DNA of 47,647 nucleotides, from contig JAGGXE010000063.1 in NCBI GenBank assembly GCA_021163225.1, positions 1-47,647 on the forward strand, read 5' to 3'. How positions within the stretch are numbered: the stretch's first letter is position 1; every line of letters starts with the position of its first letter. The notes beneath the pieces are model-generated. The model was not told the origin of the DNA. It did no database searches and saw only the letters and a program-made list of their open reading frames with translations. Below, in pieces: positions 1 to 10,888 of the stretch. The position numbers were made by a program, and so were the translations under genes. This stretch comes from Candidatus Micrarchaeota archaeon (GTDB taxonomy: Archaea > Micrarchaeota > Micrarchaeia > Anstonellales > JAGGXE01).

Positions 1-58
1 CCTTATACTCATCCAAAAGGATTTTAATTCCATTTTTATAATCAATATCGATCATCAT
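1..58 (-). CDS. 5' end of an unidentified CDS that runs out of the window (MMIDIDYKNGIKILLDEYK...)
   Basis: ATGATG at 58-53 on the minus strand is preceded by GGGAGG (71-76). The frame stays open to position 1. Only 19 codons are visible. Confidence 0.25.
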   Translation of the reverse strand, partial: MMIDIDYKNGIKILLDEYK

Positions 59-715
59 TTTACTTCACTACCTCCCTACAGTTATTTCCCCGCCCAATTT
101 TCCGATCAACTCCTCAAGGTTTTCCTTTGTCATTTTCACTCACCCTTTCTTTTTCAAATAACCTTTTTCAGATAAATAAGCTAAAACAATATTCCTTATC
201 ATCTCTGAATCCCTTTCTCCAATTTTTCCTTTAAGCTTTTTTCAATTATTTCCCATGCTCCTAGAATACTAACCAATACCTTTTCATTTTTTCGTCATCT
301 TCTTTATAAAATTTAGGTTACTCCAGTAACTCTCCAAAGCAATAAAACCGAAAAATTTCAAATATTTGTATGTTCTAAATATATACCACAGAAGACCTGT
401 ATGTCAAAAATGATAATAAATGATAAAGTCATAGTTACTGTTTTAGGCCAGTATTTGATTTAGATATAGAAAACGGTTGGGAAGATATTTGATAAGGGGA
501 GACTACTTACCATCAATTAAGTTCATAGGTCCTCTCTCACTGAATCGGTCGCACTATCCCGAAATTATTTTCCGTTGAAAGAGGGCAAGAAACGTTGTGA
601 TCACGGCGAAGACCGTCTATCTCACCGAACAACTGTCCGCTCTTCTGTAGATGAACGATGGGAATGTTTAATAATCCCAACATGCAATAAGGATGCATAA
701 GGGGTGGAAAACATC

Positions 716-1261
716 ATGAGACTGTTCGTAGCGGTAAATGTACCCGAAGACGTTAAGGAAAACATCGTGAAAATCATCCAGGAGTTACCGAAGGACCGTA
801 TCCGTCCTGTATCGAGAGGGAACCTTCATTATACGCTTGAATTCTTGGGCGAGGTGGATGAGGATAAAGTGAACAGAATCATCGATGCATTGGAAAAGGT
901 TACTCAAGAACCGTTTGACATTGTTGTAAAAGGCATCGGTGTATTTCCATCTCCGAACTATATCCGTGTTATATGGTTGGGTGTTGAAAGAAGCGAAGAT
1001 ATAACCTCGCTCGCGCACAAGGTCGAAAACGTCCTGAGACCGCTGGGTTTCAAACCTGACAGACCGTTCTCACCGCATCTCACGATAGCACGGGTGAAAT
1101 CAAAGGTTAACATTACGGACCTTTTGGAGAAGTACAGCGAAACCGTATTCGGCAGGTTCATCGTTGACTCGTTCTCTCTCATGCAGAGCACGTTAACGCG
1201 TAACGGACCGATATACCGAGAAGTCAGAAACTTCCCGTTGTTAAAAGATACCCGGTTGTAA
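716..1261 (+). CDS. thpR: RNA 2',3'-cyclic phosphodiesterase / 2'-5' RNA ligase family (2H phosphoesterase, ThpR/LigT)
   Basis: Two H-x-T-x motifs (HYTLEF and HLTIAR) with the typical spacing and size (about 180 aa). The ATG at 716 (MRLFVAV) lies 8 nt after GGGGTGG (701-707), so I prefer it to the GTG at 704 used by the ORF track. Confidence 0.85.
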   Translation: MRLFVAVNVPEDVKENIVKIIQELPKDRIRPVSRGNLHYTLEFLGEVDEDKVNRIIDALEKVTQEPFDIVVKGIGVFPSPNYIRVIWLGVERSEDITSLAHKVENVLRPLGFKPDRPFSPHLTIARVKSKVNITDLLEKYSETVFGRFIVDSFSLMQSTLTRNGPIYREVRNFPLLKDTRL

Positions 1262-1303
1262 AAAAAAGAGAAAAAATTTTGAAGCGCTGAAAAGAAAAAC
1301 AGA
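1262..1303 (-). terminator. Oligo-T tracts downstream of rps7 (archaeal-type terminator), shared with convergent thpR
   Basis: The minus strand reads ...TTTTTCTTTTCAGCGCTTCAAAATTTTTTCTCTTTTTTTT immediately after the rps7 stop. Archaeal RNAP terminates at T-runs. Confidence 0.4.
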
Positions 1304-1921
1304 TTATCTGGCGCTTCGAGCCATCCGTTCGATCTCGTCACGTTTCTTTATAGCATAGGATTTCTGCACGTCTCCGGCTGCTGTGTATATTATCTCATCC
1401 GCCAGAGCCTCTGCCAACGTTCTCTTTTTATCAAAGGATCCCATGATAGCCGCCAACGCAATGTTACGCAACGCCACATCAACCCTTCTCGAAGGAGAGA
1501 TGTCAACCGCTACCTGATATGATACACCGCCCATAGCCACTCTGGTAAAATCTTCCCGTGGCGCAGAATTCTCTATCGCACGAACGAGCAACTGGATCGG
1601 GTTCTGCTTTGTCCGTTTATGGACGATGTCGAAGGCCTCTTCAACAATTCTTATAACCCTTGCCTTCTTACCCTGCAACTTACCGTGCGTTCGTATAACC
1701 TTACCGCCCAGCTTCTCACCGGTTCCACCACGCATCAGTTTGTTAACCAACCGTTCAACGATGTTCACGTTAACCTTTTCGAACCGTTTTTTACCGTGTC
1801 TACCGTGGGAATGAGGTATGTATACGGGTGTCAGATTGATATACGGTTTGATGGAGAGATCAGTAACCTCAATGTTATCGAAATCATATTTACCGAACAG
1901 TTTAGGGTCGGACATCTGCAT
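1304..1921 (-). CDS. rps7: 30S ribosomal protein S7 (uS7)
   Basis: 205 aa. Archaeal/eukaryotic S5-type uS7 sequence (KLFGKYDFDNIEV...SYQVAVDISPSRRVDVALRNI...YAIKKRDEIERMA). Conserved position after rps12. Confidence 0.97.
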   Translation of the reverse strand: MQMSDPKLFGKYDFDNIEVTDLSIKPYINLTPVYIPHSHGRHGKKRFEKVNVNIVERLVNKLMRGGTGEKLGGKVIRTHGKLQGKKARVIRIVEEAFDIVHKRTKQNPIQLLVRAIENSAPREDFTRVAMGGVSYQVAVDISPSRRVDVALRNIALAAIMGSFDKKRTLAEALADEIIYTAAGDVQKSYAIKKRDEIERMARSAR

Positions 1922-1930
1922 TCACCCCGT

Positions 1931-2368
1931 TTATCTTCTAGGTTTCTCTTTCTTACCCTTCCTCAGCATCTGGAGGTCCACACCGTTTACCTTGATAACT
2001 TTGTACCTGACACCTGGTATGGAACCCATCTGTCCGCGCTGCGAACCGCCCAATCCTTCTATGATGACTTCATCGTGTTCATCGATATAATTTATTGCTT
2101 TATCACGCGGCACATGAGCGGTAACTACTTTACCGTTCTTGATCAGTTGGACTTTAACGCATTTGATCAAACCCGAGTGCGGTTGTTTCTGTTCTAACAC
2201 ACGTTTCTCCAACACTATACCCTTACCCTGAGGCGCACCTTCCAAAGCATCGTACTTCTTCCACAGTTTAAGCGCTTTACGTTTCCATCGTTTACTGAGA
2301 CTTCTGAACCTTTTCCTACGTCGCAACAGATCCAACCCTGCAAACTCTCCTTTACCCAAACGGATCAC
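1931..2368 (-). CDS. rps12: 30S ribosomal protein S12 (uS12)
   Basis: 145 aa. [27 protein letters not shown]...[14 protein letters not shown] is typical archaeal uS12. Synteny with rps7. Confidence 0.97.
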   Translation of the reverse strand: MIRLGKGEFAGLDLLRRRKRFRSLSKRWKRKALKLWKKYDALEGAPQGKGIVLEKRVLEQKQPHSGLIKCVKVQLIKNGKVVTAHVPRDKAINYIDEHDEVIIEGLGGSQRGQMGSIPGVRYKVIKVNGVDLQMLRKGKKEKPRR

Positions 2369-2459
2369 CTTCCGAAAAGACAGTTTTATTTAAACACAAG
2401 TGGAGATTATTTATACGACAGATTATTTAAAAACCTATCGCCGAACATTGTCCGTCTTC
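2369..2459 (-). promoter_or_regulatory. Possible internal promoter for rps12-rps7
   Basis: A 91-nt AT-rich gap. The minus strand carries several TATA-like boxes (TTTTTAAATAAT, GTATAAATAAT, GTTTAAATAAAA) upstream of the rps12 ATG. Confidence 0.3.
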
Positions 2460-2891
2460 TCACCCTTTGGACAGTATCTTCATATCGTATCCGAACCTTC
2501 TGATCAACACTTTACGCAGTGTTTTAATCTTCTCGCCGTTCCGACCTATCACAGCACCCCTGTCTTCTGAGCGCACCGTCACATAGGCCATTGGTATGTT
2601 AGGCCTATCGTGGAGGGTAATGTTAAGAATCTCTATTTTAGGAAACATATTCCTTATGAATTCTTCGATGGAATCCGCATCTTCGATAACGATAACCTTC
2701 TTGTTCCTGAACGCTGTTCTCACACGGTTTATGTTGGCGCCTTTTCTACCGATCGCCTTACCGAGTTCCCCTTTTCTAACTATAAAAACAACCTTGTTAT
2801 CTATAAACACGCAATCCTTAGCAAGAGCACCGGTCAAACTTTCAAAAAGAGACATGCTCCTCAGTTCGTCAGCGGTCAATTGCACGGCCAT
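2460..2891 (-). CDS. nusA: Archaeal NusA-like transcription termination factor (two KH domains)
   Basis: 143 aa. GxxG KH motifs (IGRKGANI, IGRNGEKI). Conserved position between rpl30e and rps12. Confidence 0.9.
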   Translation of the reverse strand: MAVQLTADELRSMSLFESLTGALAKDCVFIDNKVVFIVRKGELGKAIGRKGANINRVRTAFRNKKVIVIEDADSIEEFIRNMFPKIEILNITLHDRPNIPMAYVTVRSEDRGAVIGRNGEKIKTLRKVLIRRFGYDMKILSKG

Positions 2892-2909
2892 AGAACCACA
2901 TTGAAAGTT

Positions 2910-3206
2910 CTATTTGTAGATGTTAAGGATCTCGGAGTCGCCCGGGTCGAGTATCGTTAACGTACTGATATTGAACGGTTTACCGCATGCTTCGGCAAGT
3001 TCGTCGTTATCACCGTCGAACACAACCGTTTTCACACCCGACAACCTTGAGTAGTATTCTATATCATTCCTTATATCCTTCGGACAGTTTTTAGCGATGA
3101 TTATAAGTTTACAATCCCCGTGCATAGCATGTTTCAACGCCTTTCTGCTACCGAACTCTACTTTACCTGTATCGACAGCCATGCGAATTGCTTTTACGAT
3201 ATCCAT
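2910..3206 (-). CDS. rpl30e: 50S ribosomal protein L30e (eL30)
   Basis: 98 aa. L7Ae/L30e-fold sequence (GKVEFGSRKALKHAMHGDCKLIIIAKNCP). Canonical position after rpoA2. AAGGTGAAG SD upstream. Confidence 0.9.
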   Translation of the reverse strand: MDIVKAIRMAVDTGKVEFGSRKALKHAMHGDCKLIIIAKNCPKDIRNDIEYYSRLSGVKTVVFDGDNDELAEACGKPFNISTLTILDPGDSEILNIYK

Positions 3207-3287
3207 ACGACTTCACCTTTCAAATTCCGACGATTCGATACTTGCAACAACAATTCTGTTATTTAACATAACAGCTCATTTTAAACA

Positions 3288-4337
<1,050 letters not shown>

Positions 4338-6902
4338 TTAGACGGACGATGTCTCGGTATCATCCTTTCGCGGACCCATCTCGATATGCACCTTAGCACT
4401 CGCATACATCGGATCCTTACCATCGCCACCGTATATGAACTGAACAATGTTACCCGCTGCATCACGGACGGTAAGGTCGTTCTCAACGATCAGGTCTTGG
4501 AGACCATGGATCAACCGACGTTGCATATAACCTGACCTACCGGTTCGGATAGCCGTATTGACCAGAGATTCCCTACCTCCCATACATCCGAAGAAGTATT
4601 CGATCGGGTTCAACCCGTGTATAAAATTATTTCTGATGAACCCTCTCGCCTGGGCGCCTATGTTACCGCGTTTGAAGTGAGGTAGCGTACGTTTGTAATA
4701 CCCGCGCGTCAAACGTTTACCGCGGACGGACTGTTGACCTACAGCACCGGTCATCTGTATCACGTTGATCATACTACCCCTTGCACCGATCTTAGCGAAC
4801 ACCACTGCCGGATTCTCTTCACCTAGAGCCTTTGCAAGCACATCACCCAACTTATTCCTCGTTTCGGCGTTGATACGTAATATGTTATCCTCCAAAGTCT
4901 CGCGCAACGTCATACCGGGCGCGCGTTTAAGCGTTTTGTTTTGATACTGAAGTATCACTGCATCGATCTTTCTAATCCCTTCATCGATAATCTTGTTACA
5001 TTTCTCTCGAACCTCTTTAGGTAGATGGTACTCTTCCAGTGAGATGGTCAATCCCTGATAGGATAGAACGTCTAAGAATGCACGTGTCGACAAATCGATG
5101 AACGTCTTAGCAGCTTCGCTCCCGAGGGTATGGAAGATCGATTCGACAAGCACACTCGCGTACGTTTTGCTTTCCAAAGCACCTTTAACGAGCATCCCGT
5201 CAACAACTTCAACCTCGCCCTGCGGAGCAGGATAGAACTTCGTTCTCTCCTTGAACGATATCTCCTTAGGGATCAGTAGGGATGCCAGGAACTTTCCTGA
5301 ATACCCTTCCTTCCTGTCCGGCGGAGGCATCTTTGTAATACCTATCCTACCGAGGAGGTCTGCAAACTCGCTCCTAGTAAACACCGTCTCATCGAGTGTT
5401 GTGTAATAAGCGGCAGATATATGGTCCTCATTAGGTGCGATGATAGCATGTCCGTGACGCGGTGAGATGATCTGATCATGAACAGTCATCAACACATCCG
5501 CTTCCACACGCGCCTCAACGGTCTGTATAGCATGAAGGTTCATCTCATCGCCGTCAAAATCCGCGTTGTACGGTGGACAAACAGCAGGATTAAGTCTGAA
5601 CGTCTTACCAGGTAACACACGGACCCTGTGACACATCATCGATATCCTGTGTAACGACGGTTGTCTGTTGAACAGAACGATGTCACCGTCGATCAACTGA
5701 CGTTCTATCGTGTAACCTTCAGTCAACCGTTCAGCCAGTTCTTCCTTCAGATTTTCTTTCACCCTTATCCTACGACCTTCTGGAGTGATAATGTACAGGG
5801 CACGTGGATAACTGTCGGACAACACATACCGTTTACACTGTTCTTTGTTCCATGTGGTAACCGCTATCGGAACCGTTAACTCTTCAGCAACTTCGTAGGG
5901 TACGCCTACTTCGTCTATGCTTATGTTGGGGTCTGGCGAAACAACCGTTCGCGCAGAGAAATTCACGCGTTTACCGGACAGATTGTACCTGAACCTACCC
6001 TCTTTACCCTTCAACCTTTGGGACAACGTCTTAAGCGCGCGACCGCTCCTATGTCTTGCAGGGGGCACGTTACTCAACTCGTTATCAAAATACGTTGCCA
6101 CATGATACTGAAGAAGTTCCCATAGGTCTTCGATGATCAGTTCCGGTGCACCGGCATTGATGTTCGCTTCCAACCGGTGATTGATACGCATGATGTCCAC
6201 GAGTTTATGTGTAAGGTCGTCTTCACTACGTTCACCGGTCTCTAAAGTGATCGAAGGACGCATCGTAACAGGAGGAACGGGTAACACGGTCAATACCATC
6301 CATTCAGGTCGTGCATAGACCGGGTCAAACCCCAGAATTCTGAGGTCTTCGTTGGGTATCTCTTCCAACCATTCCCGAATCTCGCTCGGCAACATGACAC
6401 GTTTATCGTAGTAGAACGTGTAAGGTTTGAGCAAAGTGATGTTGGGAAGTTTGGCACCGCAATGCGGACAGGTATCCATTTTTTTAAGTTTAGGTTTGAT
6501 CATCGTTGTTTCGGTACCTTTCTTACCCTCCTCTTCAATATCCCGACGAAGTTTCTCAAGTTCCTTCTCGCTGACGAGTACGCGTTTGCATTTGGGACAT
6601 GTGGACCTGAGAACATAAAGTATCGTTTTAGCAAAAGAAGGGTGAACAACAGGTCTGACGAGCTCTATGTGACCGAAATGGCCCATACATTCTCCCATCC
6701 TGCCCCCGCATGTCCTACATTTTAACCCAGGATCGATCACACCCAACCTGAGGTCTACCAGTCCGCCTTCTATCGGATACCCGTCCTCGTTGTAAGTATC
6801 CGGAACAGTTATCTTAACAGCAGACATCTTCCTGATCATAGCAGGTGACAACAACGAAAATTTTATCGAATCTATAACCATCTCGGTTTCTCCAACAACC
6901 AT
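4338..6902 (-). CDS. rpoA1: DNA-directed RNA polymerase subunit A'
   Basis: Zn-ribbon CRTCGGRMGECMGHFGHIEL and catalytic NADFDGDEMN. I prefer the ATG at 6902 (MVVGETEMVIDSIKF), which follows GAGGGGGA. The ORF-track GTG at 6920 would overlap the rpoB1 stop. Confidence 0.98.
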   Translation of the reverse strand: MVVGETEMVIDSIKFSLLSPAMIRKMSAVKITVPDTYNEDGYPIEGGLVDLRLGVIDPGLKCRTCGGRMGECMGHFGHIELVRPVVHPSFAKTILYVLRSTCPKCKRVLVSEKELEKLRRDIEEEGKKGTETTMIKPKLKKMDTCPHCGAKLPNITLLKPYTFYYDKRVMLPSEIREWLEEIPNEDLRILGFDPVYARPEWMVLTVLPVPPVTMRPSITLETGERSEDDLTHKLVDIMRINHRLEANINAGAPELIIEDLWELLQYHVATYFDNELSNVPPARHRSGRALKTLSQRLKGKEGRFRYNLSGKRVNFSARTVVSPDPNISIDEVGVPYEVAEELTVPIAVTTWNKEQCKRYVLSDSYPRALYIITPEGRRIRVKENLKEELAERLTEGYTIERQLIDGDIVLFNRQPSLHRISMMCHRVRVLPGKTFRLNPAVCPPYNADFDGDEMNLHAIQTVEARVEADVLMTVHDQIISPRHGHAIIAPNEDHISAAYYTTLDETVFTRSEFADLLGRIGITKMPPPDRKEGYSGKFLASLLIPKEISFKERTKFYPAPQGEVEVVDGMLVKGALESKTYASVLVESIFHTLGSEAAKTFIDLSTRAFLDVLSYQGLTISLEEYHLPKEVREKCNKIIDEGIRKIDAVILQYQNKTLKRAPGMTLRETLEDNILRINAETRNKLGDVLAKALGEENPAVVFAKIGARGSMINVIQMTGAVGQQSVRGKRLTRGYYKRTLPHFKRGNIGAQARGFIRNNFIHGLNPIEYFFGCMGGRESLVNTAIRTGRSGYMQRRLIHGLQDLIVENDLTVRDAAGNIVQFIYGGDGKDPMYASAKVHIEMGPRKDDTETSSV

Positions 6903-6912
6903 ATTATCCCCC

Positions 6913-8727
6913 TCATTCACCTTTACTCTTCAACCTCAACCTGGGTAGTATTCCCAATGCCTGGATCTCATCCAACAGAAGTTTGAAAGCATAACTCACT
7001 TCAACTGCATGTACATCTGTGCTACCGCACAACGGACAATAAGCCCTTCTCTCAGCATAATCGTAGACCGCACGAGCACCGCATTTATTACACACGAGTA
7101 TATTCGTCTTATCGCTTTCTTCAAGGAGACGTTCCTTGATAAGCATCGATGCACCGAAACCGATCAAACAGTCACGTTCCATTTCACCGAACCGTAACCC
7201 ACCTTCACGTGCACGGCCTTCGGTAGGTTGATGAGTAAGCAACTGAACCGGCCCGCGGGATCGTGCGTGGATCTTGGTAGCAACGAGATGTCTGAGCCGT
7301 TGATAATAAACGATACCTACGAACACGTCCGCCTTCATCTTCTTACCGGTGATACCGTCGTACATCGTTTCCTTACCGTACCTGTGATAACCGTGTTTCT
7401 CGAGTATGTCTCCGTAATCCTCCTTGTCCTGCCCTTCAAACGCTGTGCCGTCCATGAACTGTGCAGCAAACGCGGCTGCCTTACCGCCAAGCATATCCAA
7501 AAGATGACCCGCGGTCATACGGGAAGGTATAGCATGCGGATTCAGTATGATGTCTGGCACGATACCTTCCTTGGTAAACGGCATATCCTCCTGAGGAAGG
7601 ATCAGACCGATCACACCTTTCTGACCGTGACGGGACGCGAATTTGTCACCGATCTCTGGAGGCATCACTGTTCTGACCCGCACCTTCACCATTCTGTCAC
7701 CGCCCAACGTATCAGTAACGATTACTGAATCGACTATGCCCTTCTCACCAGAGGGTAGAACAAGGGAGTTCTCACGCTTTTTCTCTTCGATAATACCGAA
7801 AACAGAAACCTCTTCCAAGAAACGGGGCGGCGAAACCTTACCCACCAGAACATCACCGCCTTTGACAGAGATCTCTGGTGATATGATGCCGTCATCATCC
7901 AGATACCTGTAAGCCTCCTCTTCACGGTATCCGGCTGTGTTAGGAGTAGGGATACAGAACTTGTCCTTCTGACCGCCGGGATACCTTCGTTCCTCGGTCG
8001 TGTAGGTCTTATAATAAACGGTTCTGGCGAGACCTCGGTCGATAGCATTACGGTTGATGATCAACGCATCTTCCATGTTGTATCCCGAGTAACTCAATAT
8101 CGCAACCACGAAGTTCTCGCCCGCAGCATGCTCTTTAAATCCCAGGGCTTTGTATGCGCGTGTCTGAACCAAAGGCTGTTGCGGGTAGAACATGATATGT
8201 GCCAATGAATCGGTCCTTAGATTGTAATTGGTAGCATATATGCCTAACGATTGTTTAGCCATCGAACAAGCCATGGTGTTACGAACAGACAGATTATGGT
8301 TCGGATAAGGAAGTACGTTCACCACTACACTGGCAATCGTGACCGGATCGAATTCCAGATGTGTATGCTCTTTGGTTAACTCGTCTTCGGATAAAGCTAT
8401 GTACGCTTCCTCTTCCTCTTCAGCGTCGAGGTATTCTATGATACCGTTGGCTATCAGGTCCTGCCATGTTATATCGCCCGCTTCAACCTTTTCCTTTATC
8501 TCGGGTGTGAGCCTGCTTTTACCGTCTTCAACGACTATGTAGGGACGACGTGCACGGCCCCGATCACTGTTTACATGGACGATACCCAACGTCTTATCAT
8601 AGTAGATATTTATCTCTGGAGAGATCTCGTTTCTCCTCCGTTTGGCACGGAGTTCGCGACACAACGCTTCCGGATCCTCATGAAACCCGATGAGTTTTCC
8701 GTTAAGATACACCGCAGCTTTACCCAC
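6913..8727 (-). CDS. rpoB1: DNA-directed RNA polymerase subunit B' (C-terminal half of Rpo2)
   Basis: 604 aa. SRHGQKGV, GLRFGEMERDCLIGFGA and a C-terminal Zn ribbon (CNKCG...CPLCG). GTG start 5 nt after GGTGAT. Confidence 0.98.
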   Translation of the reverse strand: MGKAAVYLNGKLIGFHEDPEALCRELRAKRRRNEISPEINIYYDKTLGIVHVNSDRGRARRPYIVVEDGKSRLTPEIKEKVEAGDITWQDLIANGIIEYLDAEEEEEAYIALSEDELTKEHTHLEFDPVTIASVVVNVLPYPNHNLSVRNTMACSMAKQSLGIYATNYNLRTDSLAHIMFYPQQPLVQTRAYKALGFKEHAAGENFVVAILSYSGYNMEDALIINRNAIDRGLARTVYYKTYTTEERRYPGGQKDKFCIPTPNTAGYREEEAYRYLDDDGIISPEISVKGGDVLVGKVSPPRFLEEVSVFGIIEEKKRENSLVLPSGEKGIVDSVIVTDTLGGDRMVKVRVRTVMPPEIGDKFASRHGQKGVIGLILPQEDMPFTKEGIVPDIILNPHAIPSRMTAGHLLDMLGGKAAAFAAQFMDGTAFEGQDKEDYGDILEKHGYHRYGKETMYDGITGKKMKADVFVGIVYYQRLRHLVATKIHARSRGPVQLLTHQPTEGRAREGGLRFGEMERDCLIGFGASMLIKERLLEESDKTNILVCNKCGARAVYDYAERRAYCPLCGSTDVHAVEVSYAFKLLLDEIQALGILPRLRLKSKGE

Positions 8728-8742
8728 GAACCATCACCTTCT

Positions 8743-10188
8743 TCAGAATTTAACACCTAACGAACGTAACGTCGTTTCAACGGACTCTTCCTCCTCACCG
8801 ACCGTAATGTTAGCGAGTAATGCCAGATTCTTTACAAGACCGCAACTCGGTCCTTCCGGACTTTCATTTGGACACAATTTACCCCAGTGTGTACCGTGGA
8901 GGTCGCGCGCCTTGAAATGGGGATGACGTTTGCTCAAAGGCGAGATCACCCTTCTCAGATGAGACATTGAAGATAGGAAACTCAACCTATCCAAAAGCTG
9001 TGACACGCCCGTTTGACCGGCAATCCAGTTACCCGTTGCCATGGCATACCTGATCCTGTCGGTAAACGCGTCAGGTCGCACAAGGTTCTGAACTACCAAC
9101 CGTCTCCCGCGGGCCTCCGCTCTGCTCGCCTGGTAAACCATGTCTTTAACAAGAAACTGGAACGCGTACCTGAACAACTCTTCCATCAATGTACCGCTCA
9201 ATTTGATCCGTTTGTTAGCATAATGATCTTTATCATCGGGCGGTAACACTCCGTGTTCAACGAATACGGTTTTCTCAGCCATCTCTATAAGGTACCATGC
9301 CTTACTTTTCCTGTGTTCGCTCGTAGTACCTATATGGGGAAGCAGATAGGTATCCAACAACATGTTCAAACGGTTTTCGCGATAGGTTTCAGGTTGACCG
9401 GGTGCAACACGTTTACCAAGATATTCCAAAGCTTCTGCAGTGTCCTTAGGTTCGCACATCTCAAGGTTAAAGAGGACCGTGTTTCTGATCAGGTAATGGT
9501 CCGAGAACGCATCTATGATCTCTTGATCACTGTTGAACCCGAGAGCCTTAAGAAGCACCATCAGGTTCACTTCTCTCGGTAATCCCGGAAAATCCACCAT
9601 CAACGATCCGTCACGTTTCAATTCGAAAGCGCATCGCGCCCTGAACCCGTTCCGTGTCGAAAACACTTTAGCAACAGTCGTCTTATCGGCAGATTCCTTG
9701 GTCACCATGATACGGTTAGGTGCCAGGTCCTCTATCCCGACAAGGACCTTCTCGCTACCGTTGATGATAAAGTAACCGCCGGGGTCGTAAGGATCTTCAC
9801 CGGCTTCGATCAGTTCGCTTTCGGTCATACTGTCCAGGTAACACAATTTCGATTTGACCATCACTGGTAATTCGCCTATGAACACTTCCGAGTACGTGCG
9901 ACGTTCTACACCGTTGAAAACCGGGATGATTTCCATGAATATGGGCGATGCGTAAGTCAGATTCCTTATTCTCGCTTCCATCGGCATAATTTTACGTCGT
10001 GAACCGTCCGCTTCTACGACCATCGGCCGCTCGATCCTTACATCTCCGAACTTAAGTTGAAACCCTTCAACGTTTGTGTTTACGATCCCCACTTCGTTAA
10101 CGATCCGTTGGATTCCCTTTTCCACAAATAGATTGTAAGAATCTAAATGTTGGGTCACTAAACCATGTTCTTTAAAATACAATTCCAT
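8743..10188 (-). CDS. rpoB2: DNA-directed RNA polymerase subunit B'' (N-terminal half of Rpo2)
   Basis: Rpo2 N-terminal lobe/protrusion/fork sequence (HLDSYN...GYFIINGSEKV...RRVISPLSKRHPHFKARDLHGTHWGKLCPNESPEG). The ATG at 10188 (MELYFKEHGL) lies 12 nt after GGTGAT. The ORF-track start at 10197 is a TTG only 3 nt from the SD. Confidence 0.97.
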   Translation of the reverse strand: MELYFKEHGLVTQHLDSYNLFVEKGIQRIVNEVGIVNTNVEGFQLKFGDVRIERPMVVEADGSRRKIMPMEARIRNLTYASPIFMEIIPVFNGVERRTYSEVFIGELPVMVKSKLCYLDSMTESELIEAGEDPYDPGGYFIINGSEKVLVGIEDLAPNRIMVTKESADKTTVAKVFSTRNGFRARCAFELKRDGSLMVDFPGLPREVNLMVLLKALGFNSDQEIIDAFSDHYLIRNTVLFNLEMCEPKDTAEALEYLGKRVAPGQPETYRENRLNMLLDTYLLPHIGTTSEHRKSKAWYLIEMAEKTVFVEHGVLPPDDKDHYANKRIKLSGTLMEELFRYAFQFLVKDMVYQASRAEARGRRLVVQNLVRPDAFTDRIRYAMATGNWIAGQTGVSQLLDRLSFLSSMSHLRRVISPLSKRHPHFKARDLHGTHWGKLCPNESPEGPSCGLVKNLALLANITVGEEEESVETTLRSLGVKF

Positions 10189-10258
10189 CAGGCCCAAGGT
10201 ATCACCTTTTTTTTAGGTTTTTAAAACTTAAATTTTCATATGAGAGATAATCCACAGA

Positions 10259-10579
10259 TTATTTTCTCACTACACGGTAAACTACGTGCCTACCGGTGGG
10301 ATCATTTCTCGTTATCTTTATAATATCGCCGGGCTTGGCTTTGATACCGAACAACGCCAGTGCCGGGTCGTTCTTCTTTATCTTCGGGAACAGATTCTTA
10401 TCACCGTACTTCTTAATAACCTTTTCAGCTTCTTCCTTACTCAACAATTCGTGAATCGGCACCAGAACATGGTGGAACTCCTTCACTGGTCCTTTCTTTT
10501 TAGAGGTTTTACTCTTCCCCTTATTATTCTTTGATTCCTTTTTAGAAGACTTCCTTTTATCGGGATCTTTATGGGTCAC
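10259..10579 (-). CDS. rpoH: DNA-directed RNA polymerase subunit H (Rpb5 C-domain homologue) with a Lys-rich N-terminal extension
   Basis: The C-terminal about 70 aa (HVLVPIHELLSKEEAEKVIKKYG...PKIKKNDPAL...GDIIKITRNDPTGRHVVYRVV) is typical RpoH. First gene of the RNAP cluster. GTG start after GGTGAT. No in-frame ATG lies before the conserved domain. Confidence 0.85.
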   Translation of the reverse strand: MTHKDPDKRKSSKKESKNNKGKSKTSKKKGPVKEFHHVLVPIHELLSKEEAEKVIKKYGDKNLFPKIKKNDPALALFGIKAKPGDIIKITRNDPTGRHVVYRVVRK

Positions 10580-10712
10580 GGCATATCACCTGGCAGATAA
10601 AACATTCTAACCTTAAAAACGCTGGTCTATAACTTTATATCTAGAAACATTTAAAAATTTTCTGTTGCAACAGTTATAATCTATCTTCTGCGTACGTTCG
10701 AGGTAACTGTGT

Positions 10713-10784
10713 GCCCCGGTGGTGTAGCGGTTAGCATTTCGGCCTGTCGAGCCGGCGACCCGGGTTCAAATCCCGGCCGGGGCG
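10713..10784 (+). tRNA. tRNA-Asp (anticodon GTC), no encoded CCA
   Basis: Hand-folded cloverleaf. Acceptor GCCCCGG/CCGGGGC. Anticodon stem TCGGC/GCCGG with loop CTGTCGA. T arm CCGGG-TTCAAAT-CCCGG. Discriminator G. Confidence 0.95.
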
Positions 10785-10888
10785 TCTTTAAATATCTTCT
10801 TACTTGAAACAGAGCCGTAAGAGAATTTTTCGATCGTTCGAAGTGCTGGATTATGTTTTTATATCTGAAGATTCTCAAATAAGAAAAC

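Noticed and set aside
560-572. Shared 11-mer CCGAAATTATT, in the spacer upstream of thpR (560-572) and again in the spacer after queA (about 11958-11968).
   Set aside because: A single short match in AT-rich DNA has no further copies or context that I could see, so it is likely chance.
537-683. 48-aa minus-strand ORF (MLGLLNIPIVHLQKSGQLFGEIDGLRRDHNVSCPLSTENNFGIVRPIQ) in the core-composition spacer upstream of thpR. The spacer also has a TGGGA...TCCCA hairpin at about 657-680 and a GTGATCAC palindrome at about 596-603.
   Set aside because: It has no SD or TATA box, no family I recognise, and is below a sensible length. I found no convincing C/D-box or other ncRNA motifs. It might be a gene fragment.
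1619-2197. 192-aa plus-strand ORF spanning the rps7/rps12 junction. The many other 60-170-aa ORFs antisense to rpoA1, rpoB1, rpoB2, deoA, cca, gltX, fni and the giant genes fall in the same class.
   Set aside because: All are shadow ORFs opposite confidently identified genes.
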